64,000 bases of DNA from an uncultured Bacteroidota bacterium. GTDB taxonomy: Bacteria; Bacteroidota; Ignavibacteria; UBA10030; UBA6906. Position numbers and translations under genes: made by a program. The number at the start of each line of letters is the position of its first letter. Position 1 is the stretch's first letter. The DNA lies in NCBI GenBank assembly GCA_963700635.1, contig CAVOYH010000005.1, forward strand, positions 160,001-224,000, in the 5' to 3' direction. The notes beneath the pieces are model-generated. The model was not told the origin of the DNA. It ran no database searches and saw only the letters and a list, made by a program, of their open reading frames with translations. This document shows positions 1 to 7,929 of this stretch, piece after piece.

Positions 1-484
1 CCTTATGAAGATCCTGATACTCGCTTACATGGTTCCAGATCTTTGTCTGATCAGCCGAAAAACCCCGTTTCTGCTGCAGACTCATCAGGATCTGGCCGGC
101 CTTGTCCGAACGCATTTTTGAAGGCGCCGAATAGTCGGTTCCCGTAAAACCCTTTGATGCATGATGCCAGCGGCCGTGTTCCACGCAGCTCACGGGGACC
201 TGTGACTTGGACTCCGGCGCGAGCAGCATCGATGTGTTGATGACCCTGTTCTGTTTCGCCCCCGCGAGGATGTCGCCGTCCATCAGAAACACGAAGTGGG
301 GTGAATGGTTCAGGACGAAGATGGAATTGACGTTGCCCGATTCGCTCAGTTCTTTCGCCTCGATAAGGTTCTCCGAAAGAGCCCTCCCGCACCCGATGTA
401 AGCAAATGAGTCCTGCCCCGATGTGGCCAGCTGGATGATGCCAAGATTACCCTGTACCGTAAAACCGGTGATGTGCGTTTGCAT
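1..484 (-). CDS. ARPP-1 / DUF6569-family protein, 3' end runs off the window edge (not in the ORF track)
   Basis: Manual translation from ATG at 484 (SD AAAGGAGG upstream) is open to base 1: MQTHITGFTVQGNLGIIQLATSGQDSFAYIGCGRALSENLIEAKELSESGNVNSIFVLNHSPHFVFLMDGDILAGAKQNRVINTSMLLAPESKSQVPVSCVEHGRWHH... The 'DGxxLxGAKQNRVxN...PVSCVExGRW' motif is recalled as the ARPP-1 signature. Confidence 0.8.
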   Translation of the reverse strand, partial: MQTHITGFTVQGNLGIIQLATSGQDSFAYIGCGRALSENLIEAKELSESGNVNSIFVLNHSPHFVFLMDGDILAGAKQNRVINTSMLLAPESKSQVPVSCVEHGRWHHASKGFTGTDYSAPSKMRSDKAGQILMSLQQKRGFSADQTKIWNHVSEYQDLHK

Positions 485-579
485 GACCCCTCCTTTGGTT
501 ATGATCAAGATACGCAGGAGAGTTTGCCGGAGAGGCTCATTGGATGATCCTTTTGGGCCTTGCTGGGAATTGCCCTTGG

Positions 580-605
580 TTGCGGGATTTACGTAATTAA
601 CGCAA
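580..605. promoter_or_regulatory. Imperfect 26-bp palindrome, candidate WYL-regulator operator in the divergent promoter region
   Basis: TTGCGggAtTTACGTAAtTaaCGCAA; 10 of 13 pairs symmetric, centred on TTACGTAA, 17 bp upstream of the WYL gene ATG. Confidence 0.45.
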
Positions 606-622
606 ACCATCAGGGGGCATCC

Positions 623-1480
623 ATGCTTGAAGTTCAGACCAAAGTGAAGCGGCAGATCGAAATACTGGGACTCGCCATCAACAATTCCGCCGGTCTCAAG
701 GACACGGACTTCGCCGTCATGTTTGAGCGGGATGTCCCGACAATCAAACGTGACATGCAGGAACTGCGGAGCCTGGGGATCGATGTGCATTCAGAACGCG
801 CCCGGGGGATCTGCCTCTCGGGCCGGCTTGATCCAAAAATCCTCAGGGAGATGATCCTGCAGTACCTGGGTATCTGTAACTCCGCCGGCGGAGTTGACAA
901 GGCCACGGCCCTTCTGGTGAAACAGCTCAAGGAAAAAGCGCTGAGCCATCTGGTGACGCTGCAGCGGTGTATCGACAGCTCCACGATTGCGGTGATCGAT
1001 TATCAGAAGGACGACGTGCAAATCGAACACGGGCGGGAAATTCAGCCGCTTCTGATATTCAGCAGCGAACGGTACTGGCGAATCCTGGCTGTCAACGAGG
1101 GAAAAATCAAACAGTACATCCTGAACAAGATCATAAATGTCCGACCCACGACCAGACATTTCAAAAAAGTCCCGCAGGAACAGATTGACGGGATGTTTGA
1201 ACATTCATTCAAAAGCTGGATCGGCACGGATCTCTTTCAGGTGAGAATCCGGCTCGCGAAAGTGTGGGCTGACCGTCTGAAACCGCGCCGAATGATGGAA
1301 ACTGAAGTCATCACCGAAAATGACGATGGGTCCGTGGATTTTGTTACCACGGTGAACTCGCTGGAGGAGGTCGCCGGGTGGGTGGTAAGCAGAGGCGAGG
1401 GAGTCACGGTGCTCGAACCTCCCCGGCTCAGGGAGATGGTCAAAGAGCTGGCCAGAGGGGCGCTGGATAACTACCGATGA
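623..1480 (+). CDS. WYL-domain transcriptional regulator (HTH-WYL-WCX)
   Basis: N-terminal HTH 'FAVMFERDVPTIKRDMQELRSLG', WYL-like 'IQPLLIFSSERYWRILA', C-terminal WCX 'EEVAGWVVSRGEGVTVLEPPRLRE'. ATG 623 preferred to TTG 560. Confidence 0.88.
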   Translation: MLEVQTKVKRQIEILGLAINNSAGLKDTDFAVMFERDVPTIKRDMQELRSLGIDVHSERARGICLSGRLDPKILREMILQYLGICNSAGGVDKATALLVKQLKEKALSHLVTLQRCIDSSTIAVIDYQKDDVQIEHGREIQPLLIFSSERYWRILAVNEGKIKQYILNKIINVRPTTRHFKKVPQEQIDGMFEHSFKSWIGTDLFQVRIRLAKVWADRLKPRRMMETEVITENDDGSVDFVTTVNSLEEVAGWVVSRGEGVTVLEPPRLREMVKELARGALDNYR

Positions 1481-2961
1481 CTTTTCTCTCCAAGTCCAAA
1501 TACCTTGCCGGTCTGCAGTGCTCCAAACTCCTCTGGTATCACTACAATGCGAAGAAAACAATCCCCGCACCGGATGCGGCCACCCAGGCCGTTTTTGATC
1601 AAGGTCACCAGGTCGGGGAACTCGCAACATCGTTATTCCCCGGCGGCATAGAGGTGGCAAAAGGTACTCTCGACTTCGCCCGCGTGCTGTCACAATCCCT
1701 CGATGCGGTCAAGCTCCGCAAACCTCTCTTCGAGGCCGGGTTCTCCTACAAGAGTGCGTTTGCGCGGGTTGACATCCTGAATCCGGTTGGTATGGACGAG
1801 TGGGATATCATAGAGGTCAAAAGTTCGACGGAAGTAAAAGACGTCAACCTTCATGACCTTGCGCTTCAGCGGTACACCTATGAGGGAGCCGGTCTCAAGG
1901 TGCGTCACTGCGTGTTGATGTACATCAACAATGCCTACGTAAGGCGGGGTGCTGTCGAACCCCGGGAGCTCTTTATTCAAGAGGATGTTACAGAGCGGGT
2001 GGCAGAACTCACACCCGGGGTTGAGGCCAACCTGGAGCGTATGGCCGGCGTTATACGCCTCGCACAGCATCCCGATATCCACATCGGGCCCCAGTGCAGC
2101 TCTCCCTATGAATGTCCGCTTCAAGCGATGTGCTGGAAGTTCCTGCCTGATCACAATGTGTTCACCCTCCACCGGTTGGGCGCACGGGCATTCGATTTGC
2201 TCGGTCAGGGCGTAGAAAAGATTGCAGAGATTCCCGTGGACTACTCGCTGAGCAACGCACAGCAAATCCAGCAAGAAGCTGTCAGGCGCGGACAACCCGG
2301 CATCAACAGGCCGGCAATCGCCTCCTTCCTGAAGACTCTGAAATACCCTCTGTATTTTCTTGACTTCGAGACATTCGGGACCGCAATACCTCAATTTGAC
2401 GGTGTTCGGCCATACCAGCAGGTACCCTTCCAGTTTTCACTGCATATTCTCAGATCTGAAGGGGCAACTCCCGAACATCACTCGTATCTGGCGGACGGCA
2501 CGGCGGATCCCCGCATCGAGATCGTATCCCGCCTGAAGAAACTCCTGGACTCGGAGGGATCCATCGTCTGCTATAACGCACCGTTTGAGCGTGGACGTAT
2601 CAGGGAATCCTGCGAAACATACCCGCAACACATGCCGTGGTGGCAGGAAACTGAACCCCGGTTTGTGGATCTCCTGGAGCCCTTTCGCTCGTTCCACTAT
2701 TATCATCCTGACCAGCAAGGAAGCGCATCGATGAAGATGGTCCTTCCGGTCCTGACCGGGAAGAGTTACGAAGGGATGGCGATCGCTGATGGAGGAGCCG
2801 CGAGCAGGGAATACGTACGGGTGACCTTTGGAAGCGTACCTGCCGCAGAGAGAGAGAGAATCAGAACACAGTTGGAGGAGTACTGCGCGCTGGACACACT
2901 GGGGATGATTCACATTGTGAATGCTCTGACGATGCTCTCGGGCGAAACTCCTCGAGCGTAA
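1477..2961 (+). CDS. DUF2779-family nuclease (Cas4/AddB-like PD-(D/E)XK domain plus RNase H-like DEDD exonuclease domain)
   Basis: Starts 'LSKSKYLAGLQC'; 'VDIL...IIEVKSS' nuclease motif; Cys cluster 'CSSPYECPLQAMC'; 'FLDFETF', 'YNAPFE', 'YCALDT'. ATGA overlap with the WYL gene. Confidence 0.85.
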   Translation: MTFLSKSKYLAGLQCSKLLWYHYNAKKTIPAPDAATQAVFDQGHQVGELATSLFPGGIEVAKGTLDFARVLSQSLDAVKLRKPLFEAGFSYKSAFARVDILNPVGMDEWDIIEVKSSTEVKDVNLHDLALQRYTYEGAGLKVRHCVLMYINNAYVRRGAVEPRELFIQEDVTERVAELTPGVEANLERMAGVIRLAQHPDIHIGPQCSSPYECPLQAMCWKFLPDHNVFTLHRLGARAFDLLGQGVEKIAEIPVDYSLSNAQQIQQEAVRRGQPGINRPAIASFLKTLKYPLYFLDFETFGTAIPQFDGVRPYQQVPFQFSLHILRSEGATPEHHSYLADGTADPRIEIVSRLKKLLDSEGSIVCYNAPFERGRIRESCETYPQHMPWWQETEPRFVDLLEPFRSFHYYHPDQQGSASMKMVLPVLTGKSYEGMAIADGGAASREYVRVTFGSVPAAERERIRTQLEEYCALDTLGMIHIVNALTMLSGETPRA

Positions 2962-3055
2962 ACCACCCGCTCCCCCCGGTTTCTGGAATCTGACTCTCAT
3001 AATACGTACCTTTTTATACTACAGGATTTGCTTTCCACTTTCTTACGGACCTCAT

Positions 3056-4069
3056 ATGCACGAAGTAACTCTGATACCCGGTGACGGCATCGGGCCGAGT
3101 ATCACCGATTCCGCCAGGCGTATTATTGAGGCAGCAGGCGTGAAGATTGCCTGGGAAGTTGTGGAGGCCGGTGTTGCTGCGCTCGACAAATTCAAGGACC
3201 CCCTCCCGAAGGATGTTCTGGATTCCATCGGGAGAACAAAGGTGGCGCTTAAGGGCCCGCTGACAACCCCGATAGGCTCCGGATTCAGAAGTGTCAACGT
3301 CGCCCTGCGCAAAGAGTTCGACCTCTACGCGAATGTGCGTCCGGCCCGGACGTTTGAGGGCGTTACCTCCCAGCATATTGACCTTGACATCGTCATCGTA
3401 CGGGAAAACACCGAAGAATTTTATGCCGGCATCGAGCATTATATCGATCCCCAGCGCAGTGCAGCGGAAACCATCGGGATTGTTACCCGGTCCGGTTCTG
3501 CCCGCATTTTGAAGTACGCGTACGAGTATGCCCGGAGACACAACCGGAAGAAAGTCACCACCGTTCATAAGGCCAACATTCTCAAATACACCGGTGGGAT
3601 TTTTCTGGATGTCTCGCGTGAAATCGCCGCGGAGTATCCCGATCTGGAATCAAACGACCGGATCATCGACAACATGGCAATGCAGATGGTGATGAATCCG
3701 CATCAGTTTGATGTGATTGTGACGACCAACCTGTTCGGGGACATTCTTTCAGATCTGGCGTCGGGACTTGTGGGCGGGCTCGGGCTGGCGCCGGGAGCAA
3801 ACATCGGCTACAATGTGTCACTCTTCGAGGCGGTGCACGGGAGTGCGCCGGATATCGCCGGCAAAAACCTGGCAAATCCCGCAGCCGTGATTCTGGCCGG
3901 CGTCCTGATGTTGCATCATCTGAACGAAGGGAATGCCGCGGATCGCATCGAGCGGGCCGTACGTGAAGTGGTCAAGGAAGGGAAGTTCGTAACGCGTGAT
4001 CTGAATCCGGCGTCCCCGGTCGGTACCACGCAGATGACCGACGCAATTATTGCGCGGCTGGCTGGCTGA
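3056..4069 (+). CDS. icd: Isocitrate/isopropylmalate dehydrogenase family, probably NAD-dependent isocitrate dehydrogenase
   Basis: 'IPGDGIGP', 'SVNVALRK', 'HKANILK', 'NLFGDILSDL', 'FEAVHGSAPDIAG'. Confidence 0.85.
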   Translation: MHEVTLIPGDGIGPSITDSARRIIEAAGVKIAWEVVEAGVAALDKFKDPLPKDVLDSIGRTKVALKGPLTTPIGSGFRSVNVALRKEFDLYANVRPARTFEGVTSQHIDLDIVIVRENTEEFYAGIEHYIDPQRSAAETIGIVTRSGSARILKYAYEYARRHNRKKVTTVHKANILKYTGGIFLDVSREIAAEYPDLESNDRIIDNMAMQMVMNPHQFDVIVTTNLFGDILSDLASGLVGGLGLAPGANIGYNVSLFEAVHGSAPDIAGKNLANPAAVILAGVLMLHHLNEGNAADRIERAVREVVKEGKFVTRDLNPASPVGTTQMTDAIIARLAG

Positions 4070-4099
4070 CAATGTTCATCGGCGCCGGGCGAAGGGGAC

Positions 4100-5434
4100 T
4101 CACGGGCCCGGCGTGTCCAGGATATCCCCTTCCGGTGTAGCGTACACGATCGATCCGGGCCGTATCCCGCCGAGGGTGGGAACAATTCTGGCCGCATCCC
4201 CAACAACGACCGTGGTCATGGTTGAAGTGTCAAGATATCGTCGTGCAACCCGCAGCACATCATCCAGCGTTACCTGCCGCAGCAATGCGAGATACCCGGT
4301 GTAGAAGTCTTCCCGAAGTCCGTACAGAGGGATTGCGAGCAGGGCCTGCGCGATCTGTCGTGGTGTTTCAAATGCCAGCGCGAATGAGCCTGCCAGACTT
4401 CCCTGCGCAAACCGGAGCTCCTCGACGGTAATCCCGTCATTCCTCATGTGCTCCAATTCCTGCTGAAGCTCCCGCACTGCCTCATCGGTCTTGTCCGTGT
4501 GAAACGCCCCCCCGGCCACAAACGGTCCCGGCGATTGTAAGGCCTGGAAAGTGGACCATGCCCCGTACGTTAATCCGCGTTTCTCCCTCAGGTTGCGGTT
4601 GAGACGGCTGGAAAATTGACCGCCGAGGATCCGGTTCATCACCATCACAGCATGGTAATCGTCACTGTTCCGGGCTATGCCAGTCCCGCCCATCCTGATC
4701 TCCGATTGAACCGAGCCGGGACGATCAATCACAATCAGGTCAGCCTTACCCGCGGCTGTTGGTTTGGCTTTTCCCGCACCGGCCCCGGACCTTGTGCCCC
4801 ATGTTCCCAGTGATGAAGACACACACTCCTGGAGAGCCGGCATCGTGATGTCGCCCACCGTTATCAGAATCGTCTGTTCGGGGGTATAGTGTTGATCGTG
4901 AAACGGACGGAAATCCTGATGGTGAATCTGCCGGAGGCCGGCCTCATTTCCGCCGGCGTCGGTTCCGTATGGATGCTGGTCTCCGAAGAGCCGGCGGTGA
5001 AACACCACACTGGCAATTGTGCCCGGGCGGTCCTTTTCCTGGAGCAGGCTCGTAAGCCGCTGCCGGCGGAGCCGTTCTACTTCTTCCGGAGGGTACACGG
5101 CATTGTGGAGAAGATCTGCCACGACCGCAAACGTCTCCGGGAAACGTGCGGCGAGCGTGGAGAGTGTGAACAGGGTGCCGTCATGGACCGTCTGAGGTCT
5201 GAAGGATGCGCCCACAAATTCAAACCGTTCCGCTATGGCGGCGAGGGACAGAGATGTTGTGCCGGTGTCAAGTACTTCTGCGGTCAATGCCGCAAGTCCG
5301 GCTTTTCCCTCCGGATCAGAATCGGATCCGGCCTTCATGAGGAAACTCGACACGATAAGAGGGAGCGAGTGGTGCTCCACAAGCCAGAGTGTCAGACCGT
5401 TGGAAAGCCGGCTCTTCTGGATCTCCGGTATCAT
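4100..5434 (-). CDS. M16 (pitrilysin/insulinase) peptidase, non-catalytic partner subunit
   Basis: 'LSNGLTLWLVE', 'ILGGQFSSRLNRNLREKRGLTY'; no HxxEH; ATG 5434 overlaps the upstream stop (ATGA). Confidence 0.85.
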   Translation of the reverse strand: MIPEIQKSRLSNGLTLWLVEHHSLPLIVSSFLMKAGSDSDPEGKAGLAALTAEVLDTGTTSLSLAAIAERFEFVGASFRPQTVHDGTLFTLSTLAARFPETFAVVADLLHNAVYPPEEVERLRRQRLTSLLQEKDRPGTIASVVFHRRLFGDQHPYGTDAGGNEAGLRQIHHQDFRPFHDQHYTPEQTILITVGDITMPALQECVSSSLGTWGTRSGAGAGKAKPTAAGKADLIVIDRPGSVQSEIRMGGTGIARNSDDYHAVMVMNRILGGQFSSRLNRNLREKRGLTYGAWSTFQALQSPGPFVAGGAFHTDKTDEAVRELQQELEHMRNDGITVEELRFAQGSLAGSFALAFETPRQIAQALLAIPLYGLREDFYTGYLALLRQVTLDDVLRVARRYLDTSTMTTVVVGDAARIVPTLGGIRPGSIVYATPEGDILDTPGP

Positions 5435-6711
5435 GCGGTTTCCTTCCTGCCGGGAAGAACGGAGAGCGTAACACCCGGCTGGCGATATACCCGCACGGCG
5501 CATTCCTGCACTTCGGCGGGCGTAATGCCCGCGAACCGGTCCAGATAGGATAGGAGAAGGCGTGCAGATCCGCCAAGCGTGTGGCACAGTGCCAATCCAT
5601 CAGCCCGCTGGAGCATGCTTGTAAGTCCATGAATATGATGTGATGTTTTCATGTTCAGGGATTTTTCGACCTCATGTTCCGTCGGGCCCTCGAGAAGAAG
5701 CTCTTCGATCACCGCCAGTGCCGCCGTGTGCACTTCCTCGAGGGAGTGCGCGGGGAGAGGCGTAATCTGGACAATCGTACGTCCCGTTTGCTCCAGACCG
5801 TTTTGATAGACCAGAACCGACTGGGCAATACGTTGTTCAATGACGAGCGCGCGATGCAGGCGTGAATTCTTCCCTGCATTCAGGACGTCCGTACACACGT
5901 CCAGCAGCGCATCGTCCCGGGTGTTCCATGGTGCACTGTGCCACGCGCAGTACAGGCGGGGGAGCTGAACTGTATCCCGGAGTGTCACGGTCCGCGGAGC
6001 TTCGGGCCTCACAGGCGGGAGTACGGGTTTTGGTACCGGTGCTGCTCCCGCGATCGGGCCGAAAAACCGTTCAATCGAGTCCCGTACAGCGGCGCCGTCA
6101 AAACCACCCGCGACCACCAGGCAGGCGTTGGAGGGTGTATAGTAGGTCCGGAAAAAACCCCTCACATCCTCAAGCGATGCGTTACCCAGATCGGTCATGG
6201 ACCCGATGACGGGCCAATGATAAGGGTAACGGGGAGGGTACATGGCCGCAAGAAGAGTCTCGTGCGCAAGTCCGTACGGTTGATTCTCGTAACTCTGGCG
6301 CCGTTCGTTCCGCACCACGTCCCGCTGGTTGTCCAGTTTTTCCTGCGTGAGAGCGGGCAGCAGGAACCCCATTCTGTCCGCTTCCAGAAAGAGGGCAAGA
6401 TCCAGATGTTCCGCCGGGACCAGTTGATAGTAGTTGGTGCGGTCTTCGCTGGTAGACCCGTTGACATATCCTCCCACCTCCTGCAGGCGGCGGAAGTGTT
6501 CGCCGTCAGGCACGTTCAGCGACCCCTTGAACATCATATGTTCAAAAAGATGCGCCAGTCCGGTATGCCCCGGAAGTTCATTCTTCGAACCAACGTGATA
6601 CATCACCTCAACCGCAACCACGGGGACCGATGGATCGTGGTGGAGAATGACGTGAAGGCCGTTCGGAAGGGTGTATTCGTCGAGAGACAACTCTGGAGCC
6701 TTGATACGCAT
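5431..6711 (-). CDS. M16 zinc peptidase, catalytic subunit
   Basis: 'LPNGLHVIL', 'GLAHLFEHMMFKGS' (HxxEH), 'VVRNERRQ'. Confidence 0.9.
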   Translation of the reverse strand: MRIKAPELSLDEYTLPNGLHVILHHDPSVPVVAVEVMYHVGSKNELPGHTGLAHLFEHMMFKGSLNVPDGEHFRRLQEVGGYVNGSTSEDRTNYYQLVPAEHLDLALFLEADRMGFLLPALTQEKLDNQRDVVRNERRQSYENQPYGLAHETLLAAMYPPRYPYHWPVIGSMTDLGNASLEDVRGFFRTYYTPSNACLVVAGGFDGAAVRDSIERFFGPIAGAAPVPKPVLPPVRPEAPRTVTLRDTVQLPRLYCAWHSAPWNTRDDALLDVCTDVLNAGKNSRLHRALVIEQRIAQSVLVYQNGLEQTGRTIVQITPLPAHSLEEVHTAALAVIEELLLEGPTEHEVEKSLNMKTSHHIHGLTSMLQRADGLALCHTLGGSARLLLSYLDRFAGITPAEVQECAVRVYRQPGVTLSVLPGRKETA

Positions 6712-6852
6712 AGAGAACAATATGGAGAATCGGGGGCCGAATAGCCAGCGTTGCATTTAATCGGTAACAAGCGTTTCTTGTAATGATATACGTTTGGAGT
6801 ATACAGACCGGCGACGTCTGCCGGAAAGAGGCCGAGAAGGAGTGGTGTTGTG

Positions 6853-7842
6853 ATGAAGATCGGTACACTGACAATTGATCAGGGTATTCTGCTTGCACCG
6901 ATGGAGGATGTTACGGATCTTCCGTTCCGTATCATCTGCAAACAGATGGGTGCGGATATTGTGTATACGGAATTCGTGAACTCGGACGGACTGATCCGCG
7001 GCAACAGCAAGACCAGAAGGAAGATGGAGTTCCTGGAAGAGGAGCGTCCGGTCGGGATACAGATTTACGGCGGTGATGTGGAGGTAATGGGGGGAGCTGC
7101 CAGAGAAGCGGAGAGTTTTGGTCCGGACCTCATCGACATCAATTGCGGGTGCTGGGTGCGCGATGTCGCCATGCGTGGTGCGGGTGCCGGACTCTTGCGC
7201 GATCTCCCCCGTATGGAGCGCCTCGCAAGCGCGGTGGTGCGCGCCGTGCGCACGCCGGTGACCCTCAAGACCCGTCTGGGTTGGGATGCGAAGAATATCC
7301 GCATCGTGGACGTGGCGAAGATGTGTGAGCAGGTGGGAATTCAGGCTCTCACCGTCCACTGCCGGACCCGTGATCAGGGACACAAAGGGGAAGTGGATTT
7401 TTCCTGGATTCCGCGTATCAAGGAAGCTGTCTCCATTCCCGTGATCGTGAACGGAGACATCGTGACGCCGCAGGACGTCCAGGAGACGTTTGCGTCAACC
7501 GGTTGTGACGCGGTCATGATCGGACGGGGAGCGATTCAGAATCCGTGGATTTTCCGTCAGACAAAACACTATTTGTCCACCGGACAACTTCTCCCCGAAC
7601 CCACGCTGGAGGAACGTGTGGACCTGTTCCGGCAACACCTCCATCTGGCGATCGAGCACAAGGGCGAGCGCACGGGAGTGATTGAACTCAGAAAACACTA
7701 CTCCGGATTTCTGAGGGGGATGCCCCACGTGGCAAAAATCCGCAATGAACTGATGCAGTTCACCGAAGCAGAGCCGATCCTCCAGCACCTCACACGATTC
7801 CTGGAATTGTATTCTCCGCAGGCAGACGCTCACCGTTCTTGA
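6853..7842 (+). CDS. dusB: tRNA dihydrouridine synthase
   Basis: 'LAPMEDVTD', 'DINCGC', 'TVHCRT', 'VIVNGDI', 'VMIGRGAIQNPWIF'. Confidence 0.9.
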   Translation: MKIGTLTIDQGILLAPMEDVTDLPFRIICKQMGADIVYTEFVNSDGLIRGNSKTRRKMEFLEEERPVGIQIYGGDVEVMGGAAREAESFGPDLIDINCGCWVRDVAMRGAGAGLLRDLPRMERLASAVVRAVRTPVTLKTRLGWDAKNIRIVDVAKMCEQVGIQALTVHCRTRDQGHKGEVDFSWIPRIKEAVSIPVIVNGDIVTPQDVQETFASTGCDAVMIGRGAIQNPWIFRQTKHYLSTGQLLPEPTLEERVDLFRQHLHLAIEHKGERTGVIELRKHYSGFLRGMPHVAKIRNELMQFTEAEPILQHLTRFLELYSPQADAHRS

Positions 7843-7929
7843 AGCCGATTCTTCATTTCGGTATATTATCCATTGTGTAGTTTTGCACCCACCACGGGTG
7901 CGCCATATTCTCTAAGCAGGGAGGTTGTT

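Noticed and set aside
51-401. ORF-track calls 51-392 (-) and 207-401 (+)
   Set aside because: They are alternative frames overlapping the better-supported edge-truncated gene starting at 484
488-499. 12-bp match to the tRNA-Leu 3' end as an att site
   Set aside because: It is inverted relative to the tRNA, short, and explained as the Shine-Dalgarno site of the gene starting at 484
1477-2961. cas4 of a CRISPR-Cas system
   Set aside because: It is a DUF2779-type fusion, and no cas1, cas2 or array is visible
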